A stretch of 64,000 nucleotides of DNA from Sarea resinae (lineage: Eukaryota). Below are positions 26,201 to 38,530 of the stretch, one piece after another (positions within the stretch are counted from its first letter, which is position 1; every line of letters begins with the position of its first letter). The stretch is taken from assembly GCA_026026165.1 (NCBI GenBank), contig JAPEUD010000002.1, positions 682,001 through 746,000 on the forward strand. The letters are read 5' to 3'. A program made the position numbers and the translations under genes. Below the pieces are notes generated by a model. It did not search any database. It was not told the DNA's origin and saw only the letters and a program-made list of their open reading frames with translations.

Positions 26201-26300
26201 CCTCCAGCTTCGATGGATCATCGTTGGCATGAGTCGGGGATTTCAAGGCGGACTGACCCGCGGGTCTCGACGACGGCGCACTCTGAACAGTGGTCGCCAT
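23277..26300 (-). CDS. eisosome protein 1 (Eis1-like), multi-exon
   Basis: AGAAASLKYA, SAGAAASLA, LRAAALSMAKQMY, NLHEAAQKLAAERLAKI, GKVNIGGGKFLDQSDVDAIA, coiled coil, C-terminal RDSKFQEVL. Confidence 0.8.
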
Positions 26301-27473
26301 ATCGATATCAAATGATCGGGATGCGACCGATCGAATCTCGGAATTTCACCAACTCGAATACAAATGCACAATCGAGTGGGTGGAAAGCAGGAGGCGAATG
26401 ATGTGCAAGATGGGGAGGAGAGGAGAAGAGATGAGGAGATGATGTGTGTCGTGCTGTACAGCGCGACCAGGCAAGGTAAGGTAAGGGAAGGTAAGGGAAG
26501 GTAAGGTAGTTCAGGTAGAGAGGGAAGTAGCTGGAGGTGTGCGCGGTGCGGTACGGTGCGGGTAGTGCGAGAGCGATGATGTCTCTTTCGGAGCCTCTCA
26601 CATGCGTTTATTTCATGACGTAGGTGGGGAGACCATCTGGGCAACTTGAACGCTGGAAGATGGCATTGTCGAACGTGCCAAAGTAGCGCCGGGTGTTAGG
26701 ATGTATGTGGAAATACTTCCCAAACCTTACTCTACGGTTCAATCATGGTAGTCTGGAGAAGTAGCGCCGTACGGGGAGCGGTGAAGCAGGGATAGACTAA
26801 TGGGTTGACCTCACCATTGACCTCCGTGCTACTTGGAGATCCAGCTCATCCGGATGCGTTTTCAAGTACCTCTGCGGTCGCACCTCATCTTACTGCGCCG
26901 TGCTCTGATTTCGTTCTCAGGAGGTACCCCAGGTACCTCCGGGTAAGTACCTTAGCACTTAGTGATTCGTCGAAGAGCGAAACAGGAATCAAATGTACGA
27001 GTACGGTAGTTGAGTGGATTTGAGAGTGGAACGGGTTGGTCGTCTCCTGTTTGATAGTGTTGTTGTCGTCGTTGTCGTCGTCAATGAACTCCCGTGAGAT
27101 CGTATTCACTATCCGTACCTGACTGCGGTGTTCCAGCTGTTCCCGCTCCTGGCTCCTGTCCAACCAATCGATCCTACTACGAACTACTAAGGATGATCGA
27201 AGCCAGGATGTCCAGTACTTCCCAAATGTTCCAATTCATCCCAGAACTTGGAAGTCGTCCATTACGCAGTAGCCCTAGACGTACTTCAGTAGGTAAGGTA
27301 GCCAGGATATCAAACCACGGGCAGGGCCCTATCTTACCTGCGCAAGACACTGTAGCATCCATATCATCATTCATCACTCGCTCTGCCTGATCCCTTCATT
27401 GGCACCTATTTCAGCTATCGTGTATTTCATCTCTCACTCAACGGTCATTCGTACTTCTCAAAGCCCTTTACTT

Positions 27474-28667
27474 ATGGCAGACACGAAAGAAGAGCCGGCA
27501 GGAAAGGTTCATTTCGACAACATCCTCAACTTTCGTGATGTCGGAATATTTGCGAACAGTCATGCTGGGTCGAAGTAAGATAGTTAGCCTCGTCTTCAGT
27601 TTTGCGGTATATGAACTTGTCGCTAATCGGCATCCAGGCTTCTGCTTGAAGGACAGCTGTTTCGCTGTGCGCGACCAGGTACTCTATCACAACCCGATCG
27701 TCGAGTTCACGAAAGCACCGACTCATGTGTAACACCTATAGACAATGCCTCCCCTCGAGACCGTGAGAAGCTCAGTCAAAAATGCAGAATCAGAACCGTG
27801 ATCGACCTACGCACAACGTAGCTAACCCTTCAATCCACCTCAACGTGAACTACCGACAGCAGCTCATCAAATCCAGGTCCGAACATATCAAAGAGGCCCA
27901 AAACCGCGACGCGCAAATCCATTCCTCGGTGATCACAGGCCAGTCCAACGAGACAGCCGCAGAACCGCTGAAGATCCCCGGCCTGCAGTATCGAGAAATC
28001 AATCTCAACGGCAAAGGCTTTGAGCGAAACCTGCTCTGGCAGCTTTCGTGGTCGAGCCTCAGGTATGGATTATGTTTTTTACAATTGTTTCAGAATTTTG
28101 CCGAGGCAGAAGACCAGTCTAACGCATTCAATGGGAAGCAAACTCATCACACTTATGGCCCTAGGCTACCGCACACAAGCCATCTCCATCATGGGCCGCG
28201 AAGTCCTCCAGCCTCGAGGCTTGCACGGGCTTGCCCGCGACATGCTCGACCACAGTAAGCCGGAAATTCGTCAGATTTTCGCCATTCTGGAAGAGCCGCA
28301 GAATTATCCTATCATGATTCATTGCACGCAAGGTAAAGACAGGACAGGGCTTATAATAGCGCTGATATTGTTCCTACTCGATGTGCCTCTAGAGACTATA
28401 ACAAGAGACTACAGGCTCTCGGAGGCCGAGCTCCTGCCAGAAAAAGATGCGAGGATGGTAGAGATTAGGGAGATAGGGCTGGACGAGAGCTTTGCGGGAT
28501 GCCCAATCGACTGGGTTGACGGAGTCAAGAGCTATGTTGACGAGACGTATGGAGGGGTGCGCCAGTACCTGGAACAGCAGCTTGATATTGGACCGGAGAA
28601 ACAGAGGCGCATTATAGAAGCATTGTCTGCCGGCCTTTATGAACATGGAAAGCCTCAGAGCAAGTAA
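27474..28667 (+). CDS. protein tyrosine/dual-specificity phosphatase (MptpB/IphP-like)
   Basis: NILNFRDVG N-terminal motif, IDLRT, P-loop HCTQGKDRTG, DYRLSE; several introns. Confidence 0.88.
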
Positions 28668-29241
28668 GACACTAGATAACATTCCCTATTTCACCTTAGC
28701 TCTTCTAGAAAAACGCCAAAATATTTATACGTTCCTGCTTGATGGGCCTTAGCTCCTCTCTTTAATTGACTAACGTCCAGTTCACTTTGGTCAATGTTAG
28801 CACTGCTCAGTGCTTGAACATGAGACGCGTAGTGCTTTGGAAATTATCGAGTAGTCTCAGCATTGCTACAGTTGATGAGAACACAGTGTTCTGATTGATT
28901 TTGAGCCTGTATTTACATGAAGAGAGCGAGATGTTCAAGTCCTATTAGGAGGTAAAAAAAGAGGCAGGTACATAGCCTACCAAGTAGTGGGGGAGAAACT
29001 TGGTCGATAGATGCCATGTGCCATAGCACAGCCGGCCACTACGTCATCGAAGCTACCCTTGCGACTGTATCTTATCGACCTATCCAGGACAGTAAGGCCA
29101 CATAAACATCTCACTTACTCCTTAGCTACCATATCACGATTGAGCAAGCCCTTACTCACTCCTAAAATATAGTCTTTTATCAAGGCTAAACAGTCTTCGA
29201 GTCTCCTATTCTCGCGTCTTTCTGACGTATATCAGTAAACA

Positions 29242-30113
29242 ATGTCAAGTTAGTTACGACAGAGGAAGACACTCCTGCGCCAGACGATCTGAAAGCTAAT
29301 TTTCATCCCTCAGCCCCTCCACCAGATTACTGTACGGATTCTCTCACCAAACCCAGCTTTCATGCACTATAAAGTGCGAAAATGTTAATTGTACTTAGAT
29401 GCGACGCTTGAGATCCCTTCAACAGCCACAACACAACAAATCCGCGATGCCTATAAGAAGTGCGCTCCCTCTCATAGGGCCCTCGTTCAGCACCAATCTC
29501 ACTTCAATCCAGCTAACACAAACTCTCACTCAACAGAGCAGCACTCAAATCGCATCCCGACCGTGTACCCTCCGACTCCCCCGAACGCCCTGCGCGCACG
29601 AAGAAATTCCAAACAGTAAACGATGCCTACTACACGCTCTCTGACCCTTCTCGACGCCAAGACTATGATTCAGCACGCTCTTACCATTTCGGCTCGTCCG
29701 AACCCGCAGACGAAGAAATACCCAATCAAAAGGCCACAGGCGGCTTCCCTTGGTCCGCCTTTGGCTTCGGTGCCAAAAATCCAGCCGAGGAGGAAACCCG
29801 CAGCAATGAGCAGTTTGGGTCGGTTTTCGAAGACATGTTGCGCGATGAGGGTATGGCTGAAGGCGAGTCTGCACGTCCAACAAAGAAGTTCTGGAGTATT
29901 GTTGGTGGCCTCAGCGGCGGGGCTATGGGCTTTATTGTTGCGAATTTCCCAGGTGCCGTTGCGGGTGCTGTTGCTGGGAACAGGCTCGGTGCTGTGAGGG
30001 ACGCGAGAGGAAAGAGCGTGTATAGCGTCTTTCTGGATCTACCGCAAGGAGACCGAGCGAAACTGCTGAGTGAGCTTGCTGCCAAGGTCTTTGCTCATGC
30101 CGTTGGGTCGTGA
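29242..30113 (+). CDS. DnaJ (J-domain) protein with a C-terminal glycine-rich hydrophobic segment
   Basis: Spliced MSTPPPDYYATLEI...IRDAYKK|AALKSHPDR...KFQTVNDAYYTLSDPSRRQDYD; first exons are 7 and 18 nt. Confidence 0.88.
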
Positions 30114-31710
30114 GATTTTCGTTCTGGCTTTTCCTTTTAGAAGAAAGGGCCGCGACGCCTATCAGATCCTCTTATTCATCGAGTGCTGCTGGCATCAGAC
30201 ATCGCTATTCTCCTCTGTGTCGATACTCGGTCGGCCCCTTCCTCTTCTTGGCCTGTTTCTCCCATGTTTTATCACTCTAGTGGCCTTGCTTTAAGGCGCT
30301 TACATTACCCTTTCGTCCTGCAAACGAAACCTCTTTGGATGATCGCGCACATCATACATTGTATTGACCCCCTGTCGGCAGCCTTCAACCAAGGGAACAA
30401 ACAGCTCCCTCTCCCTCGGCGCAACGGCTACAATTTCGAGGCGAGCAGGCGCTTAATTGAATACTGGTCTTTTATTCCTCTCTCTTGGTGCATGTAGCGT
30501 ATATCGTTTTCAATTCCCATGCTTCCTCACACATGCCATACCCTACAATCTACATCCAACTTCGAAAGGGAGAACCTACACCGAAGCCTATCTCGCTCAG
30601 CGCGAATTCGATTCAGCTTCAGCAAAATCGACGATCTAAGCTCTTGCAAATCCTCCCTACCTATTTTCTGGCAATCTCACGCCTCTCTGATATTCCACCT
30701 ACAGCATTTCTAATCATCGAATCCCGGATTAGACTAGTGCAACGTTAAAAGGCCCGAGTTAGCTAATCCTCTCTATCCCGTATTTTCCCACAAACAGGGG
30801 TAAAGAATAGACAGTGTTGTGGGTTCGCGATAGGCGGGGCTCAGCGGTCAGCAACCGGAACGGATGTTCGGCCTTCCGGCGGGCATCGACGAATCCATGG
30901 ATGCGGGCTCTAGCAGTCCGCGCCTATAAAATCCCACCCACCAATCAACCTTACGGCAGCGGTGGACTTGGCCAGGTAGGTAGGAAGCCAGCCAACGATG
31001 GCGTCAGTACGGTGATGGTGCAAGATCCGCCATGCTATATTTCCATGGCGTGCTCAAGCCCTTTTTCCCCTTTTCAGATCGTTACTCGCGTCCGACGATG
31101 TACGGGATAGACGGCCTGGACGAGGGGCATCAGCCGAACAAGAGAGCTCCTTATTAGAAATACTGCTTACCTTCTTTACTGTTGATCTGATGATTGTCTA
31201 TCGAGACGGGATGAGCCTCTTGGAAATTGGGAGATGGGAAAGACTCGGGTGCCAGAAGAGGCAGTCTGCAGGAGAAAGAAAATAGAGAGAAAGAAAGAAA
31301 CTAGGGGCGAAGATGAGGTTTGTGATTACTGAACATGAAGTGTTTAGCTGCTTGGTTGCGCGTTGGGCGGGGATAGAGGAGAAAGCTGAGAAAGCGAATA
31401 ACAAGGGATGAGACGGGACAAGGGGAGGGAAGAGGGGAGCAGAGCAGAGCAGAGGAGAGGAGAAAAGAGGGGAACAGCGGACTATTGTGATGTACGATTA
31501 CGAATATGTCAACACGAAAACGTCGTATGCTTGTCGCTCGTTATATCACTTTCTCTGCTCGAATCGATTGCCAGATCATACCCAACCAAGACAATTGCAT
31601 ATTCGCTATCAACCCGGAAATCTTCCTGCCATTCTTTCTCCACACGTTCAACTCTCCATCAACTTCAGTCGTCTCGTCCCTTTAGATAGCCGGAAGCCAG
31701 TTTGTTCGGA

Positions 31711-33029
31711 ATGTCTACGACAAGGGTGATAGCGGTAGCAGGCGGTACAGGCGATGTTGGGCGTGCAATCGTTGATGCGTTGAAGGCACAGGCCGGAAAC
31801 GGGCTACAAGTGGTTGTTTTGTCAAGAAAGGTCAGTGTAAAGCCTGCTACTGAATAGCTTCTTTGAAACACATCTTCTATTTCCAAGTATGGCTTGTGGA
31901 CTATCTCATCTTTATCCTCCATTGGTCTACATATATCCTCTCGCCCTCCCGTCCCTTCCCCGCCCCTCCCATCTACTGCCTTTAACCTAACCTAGCCTGA
32001 TGATAGCCTCAACTCACAACCGCTTCCTAGTCAACTCTCGAATTGGAGCAAAAGATCGGCGCCCCAATCCTCGCAGTCGACTACAACTCTGTTCCCTCCC
32101 TAGCACACGTCCTAGAATCGAACAATATCCACACCGTAATCAGCACGCTCGCGATCCTCGGCCCCGAGCAAGGAGCCGCGCAGCTGAATCTCATCCGCGC
32201 GGCGCAAAAGTCGAGCGTGACGAAGAGGTTCGCGCCGAGTGAGTGGGGCATGTTCTATAACCACGAGTAAGTCCGAGTCCAAATCCCCCTTTAAGAAGCC
32301 CCTCTCCACCCTCGAATGAATTCTATGACACCTCACTGGGACGACCCCAGCAAAACAGAGGAACCAGACGGGAAAGAAAATGCGAATTCTAGCACCAACT
32401 GACCCATTCGGAAATGCAGACAGACTTCCATCTTCCCCTTCGTAACCCCCAAACTGCAGGCCGTGGCCGAACTCAAGCAGAACACAAGCCTGGAATACAC
32501 GCTCTTTCACACAGGCTTCTTCCTAGACTACTGGGGTATGCCCAAAGTGCCCTCCTATCTAAAGCCTATGACACTGATCTTCGACATACCGCACGCCACG
32601 GCCGCCATCCCCGGCACCGGCGACACGCCCGTGGTCCTCTCGCACACCTTCGACGTCGCCAAGTTCGTCGCGGCCCGTCTAGCCCAGGCCGACGGCGCCT
32701 GGACCGAGCACAGCGTCATCATCGGCGACAAAGTCACCCTCAATCAGTTCCTGGCCCTCGCGGAAGCGGCCACGGGGAAGAAATTTTCCGTTTCCTATGA
32801 TCCCTTGGAGACGTTGCAACAGGGCCGTGTCACCGAATTGCCGAGTCATAAGCTGCGTTATCCGGTTTTCCCCAAGGAGAAACTGCAGGGCCTGCATAGT
32901 GTTTTTGGGAGGGTTTTCCAAGCGGGGGACTTTGATCTGAAAGAAGAGGGGAGCTTGAATCAAAAGTTTCCGGAGATCAAGACGAGGAGCGTGAAGGAGG
33001 TTTTGGTGGAAGCTTGGGGGAGTAAGTGA
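31711..33029 (+). CDS. NmrA-like / isoflavone reductase-like NAD(P)-binding protein (3 exons)
   Basis: IAVAGGTGDVGRAIV Rossmann motif; AQLNLIRAA; KRFAPSEWG; YTLFHTGFFLDY; DVAKFV. Confidence 0.88.
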
Positions 33030-33488
33030 GAATAGCGGACGAACAGGCCGCCAATGCTAGTGGCGGTGACGATGCCGGGCGCGAGGATGAGCTCTATCCT
33101 TGTGAACTGCTGGCAGGAAAGCGACGGAATGATTGGAAAGGAGTGATGGATTGTCTAGCAGATTGATATCGTACAGATCGTACCAACGAACGAGACTGGA
33201 AATACATGATACTTTTCATGAAATCATTTTCGCGTAAATGAAAGGACGAAGAAGATGAGCAAATAGGTATAAGAGGAGATTCAAGTCTAGAAATTGTCAT
33301 TAGCGTCTGTTGTGTGGATTGCAAGGCACAAGGGTGTTGGGAAAGAGGGAACGTGCCAAGTGAAGAGAACTTACATTGAGCCCAATACCTCCAGCTGGTG
33401 TAGAAGTCAATAGTTCAAGTCCCACTCCTCAATTTCCCTTCTCCTTGTGCCCCATTGATGCCAATTTAACCAACGATAAGATAGGCCC

Positions 33489-33992
33489 TCACATGAACGC
33501 CTTGGCGGCTCTCATCAAACTTTCCAATGCGCTGTCACCACCACCGCCCATGAAATCCCCAAACCCACCAAACCCGTCCCCGTAAGCCATAGAATAGTCC
33601 CTGTTAGCTGCGGCCCTCTTCGGTCTCGCACCACTATATCCCCTCGCACCACTATAACCCTTCGCACCAAACAGCCCACTGCCAGCACCTTGTGGCAGCT
33701 TCACCCCTATATGCTTCAGGGCCTCATGAATCGCCCCGCCGCCAACAATGAGCGGCATGATGACGGCGACGGCGAGACGAAGGGGGTTCCGACGGGCGTA
33801 GGAGTAGAGGTCGCGAAGAACGCGTTTCAACTTGAGCAGGAGGCGTTGAACATAGCCGGTACGGGGCTTGGCGCGGCGGCTGTTGTAGGTGTGGCTGTGG
33901 GAAGAGAAGGAGCGGAAGAAGGAAGGGCGCTGGTGCGAGTGGGAATGGGTGGAGTAGTAAGAGGGGGCCGGGGAAGAGGAAAAGAATCCCAT
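33489..33992 (-). CDS. hypothetical fungal protein with one hydrophobic segment (167 aa)
   Basis: Intronless ATG ORF with a Ser-rich N-terminus, basic amphipathic helix, TM-like AVAVIMPLIVGGG and Gly-rich tail. Resembles a Pezizomycotina family I recall; unverified. Confidence 0.7.
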   Translation of the reverse strand: MGFFSSSPAPSYYSTHSHSHQRPSFFRSFSSHSHTYNSRRAKPRTGYVQRLLLKLKRVLRDLYSYARRNPLRLAVAVIMPLIVGGGAIHEALKHIGVKLPQGAGSGLFGAKGYSGARGYSGARPKRAAANRDYSMAYGDGFGGFGDFMGGGGDSALESLMRAAKAFM

Positions 33993-34583
33993 TGTGTTTC
34001 TGGTGGGGGCTGGTGCTTGCGAAGCTTGGCTTTGGCGGGCTGACTAGATCTATTGGTCGATTTCAAAGGATCCGATGAGCGTAATAGGCGTCGGATTACT
34101 CGCAGGAGATGGTGGAGTTGATCTTTTAGTAAGTTTGTAGCTCGCAGAGATTGCAGTCGGTTCTGCCTGAGCTCTTTTCGTTCATCTGCCGCGGAAAGGC
34201 GATCGTCGATCAGAAAGGCTAGTTGCAGCTTGCTCACATCTGTCAATCTCAATTGAATCGCAATGGGGAATTTCCAAGAGTAGTCGGAAAGATGAGATGC
34301 AGCCTTGAAGATGGGAAGAGGGGAACAGATTGAGGGGATTCTGGAACATGGAGGAGAGCGATTGACTAGAGTACCCACGGTTGCTAAGGAGCAGTTCGAG
34401 ACCATAATAAATGGCGGACCGATGGTTCGTCAGGCCGTTTGGAGGGAGCTTGTGCGCGGGAAAGCGGGTTGGTGGGTCGGCGAGCTCACCGCCTGTCAGC
34501 CACGGCCAAGGTGCCAATCATCGGGGCGGTTGGGGAGGATTCAGGTCCCGACGGTCTACAAAGAATACCTTCCTCTCTACTCT

Positions 34584-34626
34584 CTACTGCGCAGTACTGC
34601 GAGTACTGCGCAGTACTGGGCAGTAG
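34584..34626. repeat. tandem palindromic 10-bp repeat (AGTACTGCGC), about 4 copies
   Basis: CTACTGCGCAGTACTGCGAGTACTGCGCAGTACTGGGCAGTAG read directly. Confidence 0.8.
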
Positions 34627-35253
34627 CTGTTTGGGACCCTGGCGTCGTTCCCTGTCGGCGTCCCCGCTTGTTTTCGCGCCTACGCCGTTTTCAAGAGTTG
34701 CTGCGCGGTAGCGTCGAGGGCCCTGCACAGGCTGCGGTGCTGAACGGCGACGACAATGCGAGCATGCGAGAATGCGCGAATGCGCGAATGCGCGAATGGC
34801 ATCCCACAATTTCACGATTGCCGGAGGACGAGAATCATGTCACGGCAGTGGAAATGAAAATTCAATCAAGACTAGGAGAGGCCGTTGCTCATGCAGCTAG
34901 CACGAGGATCCCCGACGTTGGGATGGCGGTGATACCTTACTGCCTCCAGCTTCCTGCTTCTGTCCTGGATGAGAGGTCGAGGCGCCCAAGGGGCGGCGAT
35001 GAAAACAGGTGACCAAGGACTCATCGACTGGGCGGTGACCAAGGATGAACAGGGCAGCCGTCAAAGACCGGTTGAAAGGCGCCACGATCGAATCGAACAC
35101 CGAGTGTCTCGTCCATTCGGATGCTATCTTCATGCTATAGACAACAATCCAAGCCATTTGATGGCAACTTTTGAAAAACACATCTATACCACGTAAAAAT
35201 ACAAGCTGCTCCGCCATCTTACCTCCTACTACAATACACCTGACCACCAGTCT

Positions 35254-36729
35254 TCACCGTCCTCTCCCTTTTCCTCGGCCACGGCGATTGGTAGCACGAC
35301 CATTCGCCCTCGTAGGAGCTGCTGCTACCCGATCACCGTTGTCGATGCTTACGCTTTCCTCGACGACCTCATCATCATCGCTTTCCTCGGCTTCGTCTTC
35401 TGCGTCTTCTCTTCGAATCGAGCCTAATGCTTTTCCGCACGTGGCGCCCCAGAACCAGATGGGAAAACGGAAGAGCATTGTTTGGGTGATGGCTGGTTTG
35501 GGAATTTCGTTGACCTGTTGAAGAGAAAAAGAGATGGTGAGCATACGAATACATGTGCAGAGACAGCAACAGTTAATGTCCCATACTCACATCCAAGAGG
35601 TATTCCACCTTCTCGCCTTCTTCATCCTCTTCCTCCAGATAGACATTCCCAGCCGCATCGACAACAAGCACTTTGCCGTTCTCGGCGATGACGCGCTTCT
35701 TCTCGCCTGTAGACCCTTCAGACGGCGGGAGAGCCTCTACTGGCGTGCTGACACCGCTGTGAGGAGTCGATTTACTTTTCTTGCCATTGCTGCTCTTGTC
35801 CTTATCTTTTCGGTTCTCCTTCTCTTGGAGTCGGCGCTGTCGTCTGTTCAGCAAAGCACCATCATCAGCGGCGGGGGAAGCAGCAGCAGCTGGCGGGTTG
35901 GTTGCCATTGGCGCGCTCGCTCCTGGAATGCCCTGGATACCCAGCTCGTCTCCCCATGCCGTGCGGCGTGCATGCCGAATATAGCGTCCCACGAATTCGC
36001 GCTGCCGTTTCCAGCTGAGATAAAGAGCCAAGTAGTGAGCCGCACCGCCGCCAACAATAAACAAGCCAATAAGCACAGAGCCTAAGCCAGGCCGGAAACG
36101 CGCATAGTAATATCCTGTACCCTTCCAGGTCGGGAAACCATTCCTGAGAAAGTGGTCGTAACGTTGGCGGGATGAGCCGCGGAGGATATTGGCAATTATT
36201 CCCAGACGGGCAAAGCGAGCGTTGGCTTCTTTCTGGGCATTGGCGATTTCTTGCTGGGATGGGGCCTTGTTCACATGGACGGTGGGAGATTTCTTTGGCT
36301 TCTTCTGACCCGGCTTTTGGTCCTTGGGTTTCGTGGATGGTTTGGAGCGTGAGGCGAGGAAGGATTGTTTGGCTTTGTCTGGGTGGAGAAGGCGGGACTT
36401 CTTGCGGTAGGCTTTATTGATGTCGTCCTGAGACGCAGCGGCCTTGATGCCGAGAAAGTCTATGGAGTTTCGCTGCTCAATGTGGGGACGTTGGCAGACG
36501 GATGGGTTTGCACTAAGAACATACCATAGAATGTTGTGCCTTTGCCTTCTGCAGCCTCGACTTCGTCGCGCAAGCGGAAGATCTCATGATCTGCGTCAGC
36601 ACATTAGCAACGCATGCCATTGCGCGGTCCAATCTCAGGGCACCAAACCAACGTACCTTCTTTGGACCATGCGGCGACGGATGCAATGAAGCACAGCAGC
36701 AGCACGGCGGCCAGCGAGAGAGACCGCAT
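35254..36729 (-). CDS. ERJ5: ER membrane J-domain protein (Erj5-like)
   Basis: Signal peptide MRSLSLAAVLLLCFIASVAA-WSKE|DHEIFRL; J domain with LHPDK; RYDHFLRNGFPTWKGTGYYYARFRPG; TM helix; three introns. Confidence 0.85.
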
Positions 36730-37947
36730 TGTGCCCCGGCCGGATGCTGAGCGGGTGGGTTTGCAGCTCTTGACCGACAGAACCTGATGAGGAGTATTCC
36801 CACCCTGCAGTGGATTGTTTTGGGGTGGCTTCGACGATGTCGTTGCGGTGCGCAGGGCCGAAGGACGATTCTGGAGTGTTGGGCGGGCTGGATGGGCTGG
36901 ATGTCGGTGATGGTCGGTCGCAGCGTCGTTTCCTGCCTTAGTGTGGGCGGTCCGAACGTGGCCCAATCACGACGGGACTCGTTCGTAGTTTTGGCCGCGA
37001 TCCAAGGATCGTATGGGCTGCAGCGATGCGATGCCAGCGGTGAGATGATGCGGGCAGCAATGGAGGAGACGTGGAGAAAGATGCTGAAGTGCAGGTGGCT
37101 ACTCGGATCATCTATCGTATATCATATATCATATCTCATATCTCTCTACGTCGCTCTATATAAGAGGCCTTCAGGCCCGTCGATGGTTCTCTTTTGCTGC
37201 TGCTGCTCCAGCACCATCTCGTGAGGATCCCACCGCGGTAGGTTTCACCGTCTCTCTCGCCATCCTCTCCCCGACCTCCTTTGATCTTGATGACTTGGGG
37301 GACTGGAGGACTGAGAATCGAGAATTTCTGCTTCCTCTCCTGCGCCCCATGGATCGCCTTCGGGGCTGCGTGGGGACGTGTCGATGACTAAGCGGGTGCA
37401 TTTCGTTCCCGTGGGCTCGACGACTGCGGCCGCCGCCCCTGGTCGCTCTCGCGGTCGCTCTCCCTACTCTCCCTCGGTCTCGCTTCCGGCAGCCCCTTGT
37501 CTCAAAAGGGTCCCGGTGGAGTTCGGTCGAGCGAAGCTGAAGGCAGAAAGACAGAGACAGAAAGACAGTCAGTAGTCAGTTCAATTCTCCATCCAGCTGA
37601 GAAGACACCACATACACCCATAGTCCCTCGTTGCCCCTTTCCCGTTCGTTCCAACCCCGTCACCCATCACCCGTCGCCTCCATTCCAACATCATCTCTCG
37701 TCAGACTCTTCCTCAACACGAGACAGATCCGTACACTCTTTTCGGCTATCCGCTTCAGTTCTTGCCACACGTAGCATACCCTCTTTGTTCATCAAACGCC
37801 CACCCGTCCTGGACATAACCGCTACTGACGCCTCTCTCGTATTCAGCCCCTTTGCTCACCTCTGATCCGTGGTCGGACCAATCTTCATCCCTTGCACAAC
37901 AACCTTTGTCTTCGGCTGCCCTGCTCACGACCATCTGCAACCCGAAG

Positions 37948-38481
37948 ATGGCCTCACGCATTCAGATCCCTCTGGACGCTTTGACGTCGCGTCTCAATCT
38001 CGGTGCTCGTTTCGATAGCGTCCGTTCGCAATCCATCTCCTCGAGATTCGCCAACCTGAAGCCCGTGTCGGAATTCCTCGATGTCAAGCGTCTGTCGAAA
38101 CCCGCCGACTTCACAGAGGTCCAAACGAGGGTCAACTACAACTTGAGCTACTTTTCGAGCAACTATGTGGTGGTCTTTGCCATGCTCAGCATCTACAGCT
38201 TGTTGACGAATATACTCCTTCTCTTCGTCATCCTCTTTGTCATGGGTGGCATGTACGGTATCGGCAAGCTGGGCGGACGCGATCTCGAGCTTGGCTTCAC
38301 CAGATTAACCACCTCCCAACTCTACACCACTTTGTTCGTCATCTCGGTCCCACTTGGCATCATTGCGTCGCCCTTGAGCACTGCCTTGTGGTTGATCGGA
38401 GCAACAGGAGTCAGCATTCTTAGCCATGCATCGTTCATGGACCGACCGATCGAGAATGCTTTTTCCGAGGAGGCGGTCTAG
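37948..38481 (+). CDS. YIP3: PRA1-family prenylated Rab acceptor Yip3 (177 aa)
   Basis: RFANLKPVSEFLD, RVNYNLSYFSSNY, two hydrophobic hairpins, HASFMDRPIENAFSEEAV*. Confidence 0.92.
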   Translation: MASRIQIPLDALTSRLNLGARFDSVRSQSISSRFANLKPVSEFLDVKRLSKPADFTEVQTRVNYNLSYFSSNYVVVFAMLSIYSLLTNILLLFVILFVMGGMYGIGKLGGRDLELGFTRLTTSQLYTTLFVISVPLGIIASPLSTALWLIGATGVSILSHASFMDRPIENAFSEEAV

Positions 38482-38530
38482 GTGGTCGGCCGCGAACTCC
38501 ATACGATGTGCCCCAATGGGGAAGACCATC
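38460..38530 (+). promoter_or_regulatory. putative -1 programmed ribosomal frameshift signal (slippery site, spacer, pseudoknot)
   Basis: T_TTT_TCC at 38460-66; spacer GAGGAG; S1 38473-78 with 38488-93; S2 38481-87 with 38524-30; S3 38497-502 with 38516-21. Confidence 0.6.

Noticed and set aside
34305..35012. 235-aa plus-strand ORF
   Set aside because: Non-ATG start in the track, runs through simple repeats in a promoter region and has no domain features.
38250..38481. Alternative intron joining YIP3 to the downstream ORF
   Set aside because: There is no CTRAC-type branch site before the candidate AG acceptors at 38423 or 38481 and only weak donors. Disfavoured, but not excluded without RNA-seq.
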